64,000 nt of DNA from Isoptericola halotolerans (GTDB taxonomy: Bacteria; Actinomycetota; Actinomycetes; Actinomycetales; Cellulomonadaceae): positions 496,001 through 560,000 of the forward strand of contig NZ_JABEZU010000001.1 of assembly GCF_013149785.1 (NCBI RefSeq), in the 5' to 3' direction. The notes beneath the pieces are model-generated. The model saw only the letters and a list, made by a program, of their open reading frames with translations, had not been told where the DNA came from and ran no database searches. Positions 16,848 through 28,634 of the stretch are shown here, piece after piece; the stretch's first letter is position 1, and each line of letters opens with the position of its first letter. The position numbers and the translations under genes are program-made.

Positions 16848-19508
16848 ATGAAGCTGCAGCGCGTCATCGCAGGACTGGCGGCAACGGCCGTCGCGGTCTC
16901 CACGCTCGCCGCGGGGGCCGCCGTCGCCGACGACCACGACGAGAGGGTCGCGGCGGGCCAGTCGAGCGGTCGAGGGCCGGACCGGGAGGGGCCTCCCGGG
17001 TCGGCCCGCGCGTTCGCCGAGCTGGTCGAGGCGGCTGCCGGCAGGCCCGCTGCGAAGGCCACGGACGGCGCCATCGACATGCCGGCGTCCTACCCGCACC
17101 AGCCGAGGCTCACGGTGCACCCCGCCGACCCCGACGACGCGACGCGCCTCAACGAGACCATCGCCTACTCCGAGCTGGCGCCCCGGCTGAACGCCCTCAT
17201 GGCGGCCAGCGACCGCGTCTCGGCGCAGGTGGTCGGGCAGTCCACCGAGGGGCGTGACCTCTACCTGGTCACGCTCACCGCGCCGGAGAAGCGCGGCGAG
17301 ACGTCGAAGCAGACCCGCTGGCGCGAGCAGATCCGCACCGCCCCGCAGCGGGCGGCCCGCGACAAGCAGCTCGCGGCCGGCTACAAGACGCCGATCTGGA
17401 TCAGCTCGAACATCCACGGCAACGAGTGGGAGGGCACCGACGCCTCGATGCAGCTCATCGAGGAGATGGCCACCTCCGACGACGCGGCGGTGACCGAGCT
17501 GCTCGCGCAGCACCGCGTCTACTTCTCCGTGTCGCTGAACCCCGACGGCCGCACGGCGGCGACCCGGGCCACGTCGCTGGGCCTGGACGCCAACCGTGAC
17601 ATGGTCACCGGCGCCACCCCGGAGGCGACGTCGTTCATCGCCACCGCGCAGGCCTTGCAGCCGCTGTACGCCGCCGACTTCCACGGGTACACCAACGTGC
17701 TGCAGATGGAGCCGTGCGGTCCCCCGCACGGGGAGAACTACGAGTACGACCTGTTCGTCCCGCACGGCTACGCCCTGGCCCTGCAGGTCGAGGCCGACGT
17801 CACCGCCGCCCAGATCCCGGGGAACACGTACTACGACACCACCACGGGGCAGGTGACCACGCGCAACACCGGCAACATCAAGATCCCGTACCGGGACACG
17901 CCCTCCGGCTGGGACGACTATCCGCCGATCTTCACCGCGCAGTACGCCGCCTACCACGGTGCCGTCACCGCGACCGTGGAGCTGCCTCGCGGCCGGACGG
18001 GTCCCACCACGACGCCGGCGAACGCGGTGATCAACACCGCGGTCGCCAGGACCACCATGGAGTCGATCCTCGACTACGTGTCGGCGAACAGCGACGCGAT
18101 GCTCGCCGACCAGATCGAGCTCTTCCGGCGCGGTGTGGCCGGCGAGCCCAAGGCGGCCCTCACCGCCGACGACGTGGCGGCCGTGCCCGGCCCCGACCAG
18201 TGGAAGGAGCACTGGGACGCTGCCGACGACCAGAACCCTGTCGACCTCCCGGCGGCGTACGTCGTCCCGGTCGGTGACGGCCAACGCTCCTCCTCCGACG
18301 CGGAGGCGCTCGTGGACGCGCTGCTCCTCCACGGCGTCGAGGTCGGCACGCTGCCACGCGCGACACGGGTCGACGGCGTGACCTACCCGGCCGGCTCGTT
18401 CGTCGTGGACATGCACCAGCCGCGGCGAGGGCTCGCGAACGTGCTGCTCGACCTGGGCACCGACATCTCCGGCCAGATCCCCTCGATGTACGACATCTCC
18501 GCGTGGAGCCTGGCCCACACGTGGGGCGCGACCGTCGACAAGGTCGGTTCCGTGGAGGGCCCGCGGGTCCGGCCGGTGGTACCGCTGAAGCGGGTGCCGA
18601 GCGACGGCACGCTGCCTCGGAGGGCCGACCACGTCGCCTTCGACGTGGCGGGGGTCGAGGACTACCGGGCGCTCAACCACCTGCTCGGCGAGGACGCGCC
18701 CGTCTGGCTGCTGGACGACGGCAGGGCCGTCGTCGGGCCGGAGGGCCTGCCGGTGGCCGCGGAGGTCGTCGTGGAGTACGACATCGCCTTCGAGAAGGTG
18801 TCGCGCGACGTCGTCGTCTCGCTCGACGACGACGCACGCCTCGAGGACCTCACCGTCGCCGTCGCCGGGAACCAGGACGACGTGCTGTCCCTGACCGCGC
18901 TGGGCTTCGACGACCTGGTCCGCGTCACGGCGGCCGGGGTCAACGCCGGGGCGGCGACCGCGACGACCGGCCTGGAGGGCGCCGACGTGCTGTGGGTCGG
19001 CACCTCGTTCAACCTGGCCGCCGGTTCGGCCGGCCGAGCCGCCGTGGCCGACTGGCTCGACGACGGCGGCGCGATCGTCGGCCGCACGAACCAGGCGTTC
19101 ACCGTGGCGTCGTCCTTCGGGCTGGTCGCGGGAACCGTCGTGGCCGGCAACGGCTCGGGCAACGGCATCGTCGACGTCGACACCCCCGGGTCGTCGATCT
19201 TCGCGGCCCACCCGCAGGACACGTCGTTCATCTACCCGGCGTACTGGTTCACGGACCTGGGCGAGGGGACGACGGCGGAGCTGCGGTACGACGCCGAGCA
19301 GCCGTTCCTGGCGGGGCACTGGCGCGGGACGGGCAGCGGGGCGAACGGTCCCGTCGCGGCCGCCGGGCAGGCGGCCGTCATCTCGGGGGAGAGTGCCTCC
19401 GGGGCGCGGGCCGTCGTCTTCGGGACGTCACCGTTCTTCCGCACCCACCCGAAGGGGCCGATGAGCCAGGCGGCCTCGGCGATCTTCTGGGCGGCGTCCG
19501 GCGACTGA
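16848..19508 (+). CDS. Secreted M14 zinc carboxypeptidase
   Basis: Signal peptide; IHGNEWEG (HxxE), NPDGR, DANRD, DFHGY; long C-terminal extension. Confidence 0.88.
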   Translation: MKLQRVIAGLAATAVAVSTLAAGAAVADDHDERVAAGQSSGRGPDREGPPGSARAFAELVEAAAGRPAAKATDGAIDMPASYPHQPRLTVHPADPDDATRLNETIAYSELAPRLNALMAASDRVSAQVVGQSTEGRDLYLVTLTAPEKRGETSKQTRWREQIRTAPQRAARDKQLAAGYKTPIWISSNIHGNEWEGTDASMQLIEEMATSDDAAVTELLAQHRVYFSVSLNPDGRTAATRATSLGLDANRDMVTGATPEATSFIATAQALQPLYAADFHGYTNVLQMEPCGPPHGENYEYDLFVPHGYALALQVEADVTAAQIPGNTYYDTTTGQVTTRNTGNIKIPYRDTPSGWDDYPPIFTAQYAAYHGAVTATVELPRGRTGPTTTPANAVINTAVARTTMESILDYVSANSDAMLADQIELFRRGVAGEPKAALTADDVAAVPGPDQWKEHWDAADDQNPVDLPAAYVVPVGDGQRSSSDAEALVDALLLHGVEVGTLPRATRVDGVTYPAGSFVVDMHQPRRGLANVLLDLGTDISGQIPSMYDISAWSLAHTWGATVDKVGSVEGPRVRPVVPLKRVPSDGTLPRRADHVAFDVAGVEDYRALNHLLGEDAPVWLLDDGRAVVGPEGLPVAAEVVVEYDIAFEKVSRDVVVSLDDDARLEDLTVAVAGNQDDVLSLTALGFDDLVRVTAAGVNAGAATATTGLEGADVLWVGTSFNLAAGSAGRAAVADWLDDGGAIVGRTNQAFTVASSFGLVAGTVVAGNGSGNGIVDVDTPGSSIFAAHPQDTSFIYPAYWFTDLGEGTTAELRYDAEQPFLAGHWRGTGSGANGPVAAAGQAAVISGESASGARAVVFGTSPFFRTHPKGPMSQAASAIFWAASGD

Positions 19509-19514
19509 GCAGGG

Positions 19515-20402
19515 CTACAGCAGCACGAGGACGGACACCCCGATCCCCAGGGTCACGAGCAGCAGCGTGGCGTCGGCCCAGGTGAACCGGAGGTGTGCCA
19601 GCCGGAGCCGCCGGCCGGGGTCGTCCGTCCCCGTGGGCGAGAATCCGCGAGTCTCCAGCGCCTCGACCGTCGTCCGGGTCCGCTTGGCCGTGTTGAGGAT
19701 GAGCGGGTAGAAGGCCTGCACGGCGATGGTCCCGATCCGGACGGCGGTCCTCCAGCCGAGGAATCCGTGGCCCCGGGGCGGGGCGCCGCGCAGGCGGTGC
19801 CCGTCGACGATGGTCTGGAACTCGTCGATGAGCAGCGGCACCATCCGGTAGCCGTAGCTGACGCCGAACCCGAGCACGGCCGGCGCCCGCAACGCCTGGA
19901 GCCCGTCGGACAGCTTCTCCGGGTCGAGGGAGACGAACGCGGCCATCGACGCCAGCGAGATCGCACCGAGCTTGAGAGAGATCTGCAGCAGCCCGTCGAT
20001 CGCCGCGGCGTTCCCGCCGAGCACGAAGACCAGCACGAGCACGTAGGCGGCCTGCCCGAGCAGGCCGAGCGTGAACAGACCGAGCAGCAGCGGTCCGATG
20101 CGCGCTGCCAGCGCGCAGGCGAGAGCGAGGACGAAGAACACCGCGAGGGCGGGGGTCGAGTAGGTCAACCAGGGCACCACGGCGCACACGAGGTACCACC
20201 CCAGGACGGCGCGAGGGTCCCGGCGGGCCAGGAAGCCGCCTCGGGTGGCGTAGGCGACCCGCATCAGCTCGAGCTTGACCCACTCGACCGTCACCCGGTC
20301 GAACCCGGAGCGGACGGACTTCCGTCGGCCACCGCGCTCGGCAGCGGCGGGGCCGTCCGCAGGGGTCGGGAGGGTCGGGCGGTCGGTGGCGACGGCGGTC
20401 AT
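19515..20402 (-). CDS. ECF transporter transmembrane (T) component
   Basis: DPR near N-terminus, TM helices, RLRG and ETRGF coupling motifs; 4-nt overlap with the ATPase gene. Confidence 0.85.
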   Translation of the reverse strand: MTAVATDRPTLPTPADGPAAAERGGRRKSVRSGFDRVTVEWVKLELMRVAYATRGGFLARRDPRAVLGWYLVCAVVPWLTYSTPALAVFFVLALACALAARIGPLLLGLFTLGLLGQAAYVLVLVFVLGGNAAAIDGLLQISLKLGAISLASMAAFVSLDPEKLSDGLQALRAPAVLGFGVSYGYRMVPLLIDEFQTIVDGHRLRGAPPRGHGFLGWRTAVRIGTIAVQAFYPLILNTAKRTRTTVEALETRGFSPTGTDDPGRRLRLAHLRFTWADATLLLVTLGIGVSVLVLL

Positions 20403-22189
20403 GCGGTCTCCTCGGCAGGGCGGGACGAGGCCTGGCGGACCAGCTCCTCGACGGTCAGGGGCAGCACCGGGAGCCTCAGCGCGGCACCCACCTGGGTCAC
20501 CTGGGGCGGGACGAGGCGGGCCTGGTCGAGCACGTCGGGCGAGGAGAACAGCGTCCGTGGGTCGGTGTCGGCGATGACGCGCCCCTGGTCGAGCACGACG
20601 ACGCGACTCGCCCACTCGGCGACCAGGTGCATGTCGTGCGTGGCGACCACGGTGCAGCGGATGTGGTCGCTCAGGGCGTCGAGCATCCCGATGACGTCGT
20701 CGCGCGAGGCGAGGTCCAGGCTCGACGTCGGCTCGTCGAGCAGCAGCAGCCGCGGGCGCATCGCGAGTCCGATCGCGAGGGTGGCCCGGCGCTGCTGCCC
20801 GCCGGACAGGAGCCTCCCGTCGCGGTCCGCGAACCGGCTCAGGTCGACCCTGGCCAGCACCTCCTCGACGAGCTCGTCGGCGTCAGAGGCCCGGCGTCCG
20901 CGCGGATGCATCGCGACGTCGGCCCGGACCGAGTCCTGGAGGAACATCTCCTCCGGGCGTTGCACGAGGTAGCAGACGGTGTCGGCGAGCGAGGCCGCGG
21001 GGACCGAGCGGGTGTCGCGGCCGTCGACCTCGACGGTGCCGGCGCGCGGGACGGCGAGGCCGGACAGGACGGAGAGCAGGCTCGACTTGCCGGCTCCGTT
21101 CGAGCCGACGAGCGCCACCCGGTCGCCGTCGTGGAGGTCGAGATCGAGGTCCCGCAGCACGGTGTGCCGGTCGCCGGAGACCGTGCGGTAGCCGTGCTCC
21201 ACGCCGACCATGCGGGCCACCAGCGGCCTGCCGACCTCGTCGGCCGGCGGGAGACCGTCCGGGCCCGACGGCGCGGGTCCGTCCTGCGCAGAGGTGCGCA
21301 CGGAGGGCCGGAGCAGGTCGGCGCACTCGTCGACGGTGATCGGGACGGGGCGCTCGCCGCGCGCGATCTCGGGGACCAGCGCGCGGCTCAGCGCGACCAC
21401 CTGGGGGTCGGGGACGTGGGCCTCGGCGAGGTCGTCGCGGCGCGCCAGCGCCTCGCGGACGGGCAGGTGCCAGCGCACCCGTCCGTCGGACATGAGCACC
21501 ACACTGCGTGCGTAGCGCGCGATGAGCTCGGCGTGGTGCTCGATGACCACCACCGTGATGCCGTGCTCCTGGTTGAGCCGGGTCAGGTGCTCGTACACGA
21601 CCGCGGCGCGGCGCGGGTCCACCTCGGCGGCGGGCTCGTCGACGACGAGGACCGAGGGTGCGAGGGCCAGGGCCCCGGCCAGGGCGGTGAGGTGCTGCTG
21701 GCCGCCCGAGAGCTGCCAGGTGTGGGTGGCGGCCACGTCACCCAGGCCGAGGGAGGCCAGTGCGCGGTCGGTCCGGTCCGCCCAGTCCTCGTGCCCGAAG
21801 TTCAGGGGGCCGAAGGACACGTCGTCGCGCACCGTGGGCCGCACGAGCTGGTTGCCGAAGTCCTGGAAGACGTACCCGACGTCGTGCGAGATCTCGCCGA
21901 CGCTGCGCCGGGCGGTGCTGCGCCCGTGGATCCGGACGCGCCCGGTGATGTCCCCGTTCCAGAAGTGCGGGACGAGTCCGTTGAACGCCTTGCACAACGT
22001 GGTCTTGCCCGAGCCGTTGCCGCCGACCACGGCGACGAAGTCCCCCGGCTGGATCGCCAGGTCGACGTCGTGCAGCGAGTCCTGCGAGGCCCCGGGGTAG
22101 CGGAAGGTCAGTCCCTGCACCTCGATCGCCGGGGTGCCGGTCGTCGAGTCGGCCGGGGGGACCGCCGTCACCGTGGTCGGCGCCGGCAT
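20399..22189 (-). CDS. ECF transporter fused double ATPase
   Basis: Two ABC domains: GGNGSGKTT/LSGGQQ/DEP and GSNGAGKSS/LSGGQQRR/DEP. Confidence 0.92.
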   Translation of the reverse strand: MPAPTTVTAVPPADSTTGTPAIEVQGLTFRYPGASQDSLHDVDLAIQPGDFVAVVGGNGSGKTTLCKAFNGLVPHFWNGDITGRVRIHGRSTARRSVGEISHDVGYVFQDFGNQLVRPTVRDDVSFGPLNFGHEDWADRTDRALASLGLGDVAATHTWQLSGGQQHLTALAGALALAPSVLVVDEPAAEVDPRRAAVVYEHLTRLNQEHGITVVVIEHHAELIARYARSVVLMSDGRVRWHLPVREALARRDDLAEAHVPDPQVVALSRALVPEIARGERPVPITVDECADLLRPSVRTSAQDGPAPSGPDGLPPADEVGRPLVARMVGVEHGYRTVSGDRHTVLRDLDLDLHDGDRVALVGSNGAGKSSLLSVLSGLAVPRAGTVEVDGRDTRSVPAASLADTVCYLVQRPEEMFLQDSVRADVAMHPRGRRASDADELVEEVLARVDLSRFADRDGRLLSGGQQRRATLAIGLAMRPRLLLLDEPTSSLDLASRDDVIGMLDALSDHIRCTVVATHDMHLVAEWASRVVVLDQGRVIADTDPRTLFSSPDVLDQARLVPPQVTQVGAALRLPVLPLTVEELVRQASSRPAEETA

Positions 22190-23166
22190 CAGAAGCTCGC
22201 CTCGTCGTCCTCGGCGGTGCTCGCGGCGGGCGTCTCGGCGTCACGGGACCGTCGTGCCCTGAGCGCGGCGACGACCACGAAGAGCCCGAGGCCGACGGTG
22301 AGGGCGACGGCGCCGGCCACCCACATCCACGCCTCGCCGAACTGGTCGACGAAGTCCGGCTCGAACGAGCCGAGGGTCGACAGGCCTTCCTCACGCCCGA
22401 CGAACTCCTCCCAGGTGGCGAACAGGGCGACGGCCCCGGCGGCGAGCAGGGCGAGGAGCGCGATCGGCCAGAAGCGCATCCCGGACGGGCCGGTCAGGCG
22501 CGGAGGGTCGTGGGGGTCGCGCGGGCGCAGGCCCATGATCGGCTCGATCTTCCCGTAGAGCCGCGGGGTCAACCACAGGGCGGGCAGCGCACCGAAGAGG
22601 ATGCCGGAGAACACGACGGTCACCACGATGTCGAGGCCCTCGGCGAGGAGGAACGCCCCGAGGAGACCGTCCGCCTCCTCGAGAGACTCGGGGTCGATCC
22701 CGATGACGACCTTGAGGATGTCGACGATGCCGCCGCTGACCTTGTCGACGAGCACCATGACGACCGGCGCGAGGGCGACCTGCACCCGGTTCAGCGGGTT
22801 GCGCACCAGGCATCCCGCGACGTAGATCGCCAGGGCCGTCTGCAGGAAGCCCTCGAGCTCGCTGAGGCCGCCGAAGTCCCCCAGCAGCATGTCCGAGAAG
22901 ACGAGCTCGCCCAGCGGGGCGCCGAGCGCCACCCAGAACGGTGACAGCAGGGCCGCGAGCACCACGGCGATGAACGCGAAGTAGGAGACGCCGAGCTCGA
23001 GAGGCCCGACCTGGACCTCGGGCACGACGTTGGCGACGATGTCGCCCACGCCGTACAGCGTCATGGACAGCACGAGGATCATGAGCTTCTGGGGGCCGGA
23101 GAGCTGTTCGGACCGCGGCAGCCTGCTGCGGGCCTTGTCGACCGTGGCGGCGACGTTGCTGGACAT
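22189..23166 (-). CDS. Putative ECF substrate-specific (S) component
   Basis: 325-aa multi-TM protein, stop overlapping the ATPase start; RBS GGAAGG; no solute-binding lipoprotein in the operon. Confidence 0.65.
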   Translation of the reverse strand: MSSNVAATVDKARSRLPRSEQLSGPQKLMILVLSMTLYGVGDIVANVVPEVQVGPLELGVSYFAFIAVVLAALLSPFWVALGAPLGELVFSDMLLGDFGGLSELEGFLQTALAIYVAGCLVRNPLNRVQVALAPVVMVLVDKVSGGIVDILKVVIGIDPESLEEADGLLGAFLLAEGLDIVVTVVFSGILFGALPALWLTPRLYGKIEPIMGLRPRDPHDPPRLTGPSGMRFWPIALLALLAAGAVALFATWEEFVGREEGLSTLGSFEPDFVDQFGEAWMWVAGAVALTVGLGLFVVVAALRARRSRDAETPAASTAEDDEASF

Positions 23167-23225
23167 GAGTGCCTTCCTCGAAGGTTCGTCTCGGGTCTTC
23201 CAGGGCGACCGGCGGGTGCCGGCGA

Positions 23226-24926
23226 TCAGGGGGTGGGCGCAGGACGCGACGTCCGCTCCCGCAGGAGCTCGGCGGCAGCGGCCATGTCGGGGGCGAGGTG
23301 GTCGGGCCGGAGAGGGGCGTCGGCTCCGAGCGCGTCGAGCTGCTCGTCGGACGTGGCACCGCCACGGACCAGGACGACGGTGCCGACGCCGGCAGCCCGG
23401 GCCGCGGCGACGTCGCGGTGCGGCTTGTCGCCGACGAACACGGCGCGGGCGGCGTCGGCGTCGAGGGCCGTCAGGGCGGTGCGGACGGTCGCGGGGTCGG
23501 GCTTGCGCAGCCCCAGCTCGTCGGAGTAGACGTGCGCGCCGACCAGGTGGTCGAGGCCGTGCTCGACGAGCTCGGCGCGCACGGCCCGCCCGCACACCGT
23601 GTTGGACACGACGGCGACGGGGACGTCGGCGTCGTGGGCGGTGGCGAGCAGCTCGCGCACGCCGGGTCGCAGCACGGGCGTGGACTTGGTGCGTGCGTAG
23701 TCGACCATGAGGGCGTGCGCCTCGGCACGCAGCCAGTGCCGCACGCCGGGGCCGTGGTGGTCGAGCAGGGGGCCGACGAGCTCCACCCAGAACGTCGTCG
23801 CGTCGATCTCGGCGACCCGGGTGCCGCCGTCGGGCGCGACCTCGTGGCGCTTCTTCCAGGACTTGTGGGCGGCGCGGGCCCGGTCCAGGACGTCGGCGGC
23901 CTCGTCGACGCCGGTCGGGTAGCCCGCTGCGGTGAGTCCGGCGGCGAGCTGCGCGGCGAACGCGCGACGGGTGGCGTCGTCGGGCCGCGAGACCGCGATG
24001 ACTCCGCCGTGGTCGAGCAGGAGCGCGCTGACGCCACGTGGCGAAGGCCTCGTCGCGCCGTCGGCGACGCGCGCGCCGTCGGCGGGCGAAGCCTGGCCGG
24101 CGTCGCGGAGCAGGTCGACCAGGCCCGTCGGGTCCTCCAGGACGAGGTCCGGCTGCTCCGTCACAGGGAACGGCGAGCGGTCGGTGTGGTGGTCGCGGGT
24201 GAGGACCAGCCCGGCGACGGCGGCGCGTCGCCCGGCGACGACGTCGCGGTCGAAGGTGTCCCCGACGTACCAGCAGTGCTCCGGCGTCGTGCTCAACGCC
24301 TGCGCGGCGAGCTCGATCATGCCGGGGTGCGGCTTACGGATCCCGACCTCGTCGGAGTAGACCTGCACGGCGAACGCGTCGGCGATGCCCTGCTCGGCGA
24401 GGATCGCGCGGTGCGCGCGGCCGGAGTGGGCGTTCGACACGATGCCGACCGGGACGCCGAGGTCGCGGGCGAGGGCCAGCAGCTCGCGCACGCCGGGGCG
24501 CACGGTGTGGTCGGTGAGCGTGCGGGTGATCGTCTCCTGAAGCTGTCCGGCGGACCCGGCGAGCACCTCCCGCTCGGCCGGGGTCAGCGGCGAGCCGTAG
24601 AACTCCCGCCAGATGGTGCGGTGGTCGAGCTCCTCGGGTGCGAGGCGACGTGACGCGGCGTTCTTCCAGTCCTTGAGCGCCGTCTTGCCGCCGCGCAGCA
24701 CGGGCACGAGCTCGAGCGGCGTGCGGCGGTGGCCGGCGCGGGCCAGGACCTCGGCGACGTGCTCGGCCATGAGCTCCAGGCCGCCCGGGCGCTTGCTCGT
24801 GGTGAGCACGACGCCGCCGAAGTCGAGCAGGAGCGCGGCGGGCCGGGTACGCAGCGCGGCCGGCACCTCGGCGGGGCGGGGCAGAGGCTCGGGCAGGGAG
24901 GTCTCGGGGCTGGGAGCGATCGTCAC
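23226..24926 (-). CDS. Tandem two-domain HAD-superfamily hydrolase
   Basis: Two complete motif sets: LLLDFGGV/VSN/RKP/VGD and LLLDHGGV/VSN/RKP/VGD; TAGCGT 7 nt before GTG 24926. Confidence 0.85.
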   Translation of the reverse strand: MTIAPSPETSLPEPLPRPAEVPAALRTRPAALLLDFGGVVLTTSKRPGGLELMAEHVAEVLARAGHRRTPLELVPVLRGGKTALKDWKNAASRRLAPEELDHRTIWREFYGSPLTPAEREVLAGSAGQLQETITRTLTDHTVRPGVRELLALARDLGVPVGIVSNAHSGRAHRAILAEQGIADAFAVQVYSDEVGIRKPHPGMIELAAQALSTTPEHCWYVGDTFDRDVVAGRRAAVAGLVLTRDHHTDRSPFPVTEQPDLVLEDPTGLVDLLRDAGQASPADGARVADGATRPSPRGVSALLLDHGGVIAVSRPDDATRRAFAAQLAAGLTAAGYPTGVDEAADVLDRARAAHKSWKKRHEVAPDGGTRVAEIDATTFWVELVGPLLDHHGPGVRHWLRAEAHALMVDYARTKSTPVLRPGVRELLATAHDADVPVAVVSNTVCGRAVRAELVEHGLDHLVGAHVYSDELGLRKPDPATVRTALTALDADAARAVFVGDKPHRDVAAARAAGVGTVVLVRGGATSDEQLDALGADAPLRPDHLAPDMAAAAELLRERTSRPAPTP

Positions 24927-24999
24927 GACGGTGACGCTAGGGACGGGCAGCGACCGGGCGGCGTCGTGCCGGTGGCCTGACGGTGAACGAGGATCGAAC

Positions 25000-25017
25000 A
25001 TCTGGAACGTTCCAGAT
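25000..25017. promoter_or_regulatory. LacI-type operator (perfect 18-bp palindrome)
   Basis: ATCTGGAACGTTCCAGAT with central CG, between the divergent HAD and LacI genes. Confidence 0.75.
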
Positions 25018-25070
25018 CGATGCCGAGCGATGGTTTCGCGGTCACGCCCTCAGGTGGGCAGGATGAGCCT

Positions 25071-26051
25071 GTGCCCCCCGCCTCCGCCCGCCCGCGCCCC
25101 ACCCTGGTCGACGTCGCCTCCGCGGCCGGGGTGTCCAAGTCGCTCGTCTCCCTGGCGCTGCGCGGCGACGCCGGCGTCTCGGAGAGGACCAGGGAGCGCA
25201 TCCTCGTCGTCGCCGAGCGGGTCGGCTACCGGCCCTCGCTGACCGCGCGGACGCTCAAGCAGGGCCGGTCGATGATGCTCGGCGCCGTCATCTCCAGCCT
25301 CGACAACCCGTACCACACGGAGATCGTCGCCTCGGTGGAGGCCGCCGCCGAGGACTCCGGACTCTCCGTGCTCCTCGCCCACGGCTCGCGCGACCGCGGG
25401 CGCCTCGCTGACCGTGTCCAGCAGCTGCTGGACCTCGGGGCCGACGGGTTGGTCGTGGTGTCCTCCTGGGTGCCCGAGGAGGTGCTGGTGGCCGCCGCGC
25501 GGCGAGCACCCGTCGTCATGGTCGGGCGGACCGCCGAGCCCGTGAGCGGCATCGACTCGGTGAACAACGACGACGAGCACGGCGCGGCGCTCGTCGTCGA
25601 GCACCTGGTCGCACGTGGGCACCGGCGCATCGCCCACGTGACGTCGTCCACGCGGCCTGCCGGGATCGCCCGGCGCCGCGGCTACGAGGCGGCCATGCGC
25701 GCCGCCGGGCTCGACGACGAGGTGCGGGTCGTGGCCCCGGACCCGGTGGCGCTCGGCGCACTGCTGGACGACGGCACCTCCGCGGTGTTCGCGCGCAACG
25801 ACGTCGAGGCGGTCGACGTCCTCGACCACGCCCTCGACGCGGGGCTGCGCGTCCCGGACGAGCTCGCCGTCGTCGGCTACGACGACACGGTGCTCGCCCG
25901 CCGGGCCCGGCCCGCGCTGACCACCGTGCAGCAGCAACGGGACGTCATGGGTTCGCGGGCCGTGGCCCTCCTGCGTGAGCGCCTGGACGGCAGGGCCGAG
26001 GACGTCCATGAGGTGCTCGAGCCACGGCTGGTGGTCCGGTCCTCGAGCTAA
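25071..26051 (+). CDS. LacI family transcriptional regulator
   Basis: TLVDVASAAGVSKSLVSLAL HTH, GYRPS, VPDELAVVGYDD, LTTVQQ. Start approximate. Confidence 0.92.
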   Translation: MPPASARPRPTLVDVASAAGVSKSLVSLALRGDAGVSERTRERILVVAERVGYRPSLTARTLKQGRSMMLGAVISSLDNPYHTEIVASVEAAAEDSGLSVLLAHGSRDRGRLADRVQQLLDLGADGLVVVSSWVPEEVLVAAARRAPVVMVGRTAEPVSGIDSVNNDDEHGAALVVEHLVARGHRRIAHVTSSTRPAGIARRRGYEAAMRAAGLDDEVRVVAPDPVALGALLDDGTSAVFARNDVEAVDVLDHALDAGLRVPDELAVVGYDDTVLARRARPALTTVQQQRDVMGSRAVALLRERLDGRAEDVHEVLEPRLVVRSSS

Positions 26052-26192
26052 CACCGCTGGGGGTGCTCACCCGGCCCTGAGGGGGCGGAACGACAGATCC
26101 CCACCTCCGGGACCGCGGGGGGCGGAACACCCGGAGATGGGGATCGGTGTCCTCCCACGGACCGGTCGGTTCGCGGGAGAGCTGTCAGGCCG

Positions 26193-27938
<1,746 letters not shown>

Positions 27939-27997
27939 TCACCCGGGCAACTTCGTGGACCGCGCGACGGCCCCCGGACCTGCCGGAACGGTCCGGA

Positions 27998-28528
27998 TCA
28001 GAGCCCGGTGCGCCCGTCGATGCACTCGCGCAGCAGGTCGGCGTGCCCCATGTGGCGGGCGTACTCCTCGACCATGTGGATGATCACGTCGCGCACCTCG
28101 ACGGTGCCGCCGTCGAACGGCACCTCACGGCCGAGCTCCTCGCGGACCAGCTGCTCGTCGGCCGCCTCCACGGCGGCGTGCCAGGCCTCCCACGCCTCGC
28201 CGACGCACTCGTCGGTGGGATAGGCCTCGTCGAAGTCGACGTCGACCGCACGCGGGCGCTCGAACGGGCCGGGAGCGACCGTGCCCTGCAGCACACGGGT
28301 GAACCAGTGGTGCTCGGCGTTGGCGAGATGACGCACGAGGCCCAGCAGGGACAGGTTCGACGGCGGGACGCTGCGCCGTGAGAGCTGCTCGGCGTCCAGG
28401 CCCTCGCACTTCATGACGAGCGTCATGCGGTAGCGGCAGAGGTACTCCCAGAGGGTCTCCTTCTCGCCGACCGGGTCGACCCCGGTCGTCCGGGGGTCCT
28501 GCTCGGGTGCGACCCACATGCCCGTCAT
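27998..28528 (-). CDS. DinB/DUF664 family protein
   Basis: KCEGL..EQL...VPPSNLSLLGLVRHLA..E..WF and HMVEEYARHMGHADLLRECIDG. Confidence 0.88.
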   Translation of the reverse strand: MTGMWVAPEQDPRTTGVDPVGEKETLWEYLCRYRMTLVMKCEGLDAEQLSRRSVPPSNLSLLGLVRHLANAEHHWFTRVLQGTVAPGPFERPRAVDVDFDEAYPTDECVGEAWEAWHAAVEAADEQLVREELGREVPFDGGTVEVRDVIIHMVEEYARHMGHADLLRECIDGRTGL

Positions 28529-28634
28529 CGTTGCGCTCACCCGCACAATCTGGTGCTCGACGGGCATCCAGGTCAAGGCCGCGGAGGCAACGATCTGGAC
28601 ACCTTCGGCGTGTCATTGGGTAGCCTTCGCGATC

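Noticed and set aside
23226..24926. HAD domains inactive because motif I is DxGG rather than DxD
   Set aside because: DxG variants occur in active HAD subfamily IA enzymes; the nucleophile Asp and motifs II-IV are intact
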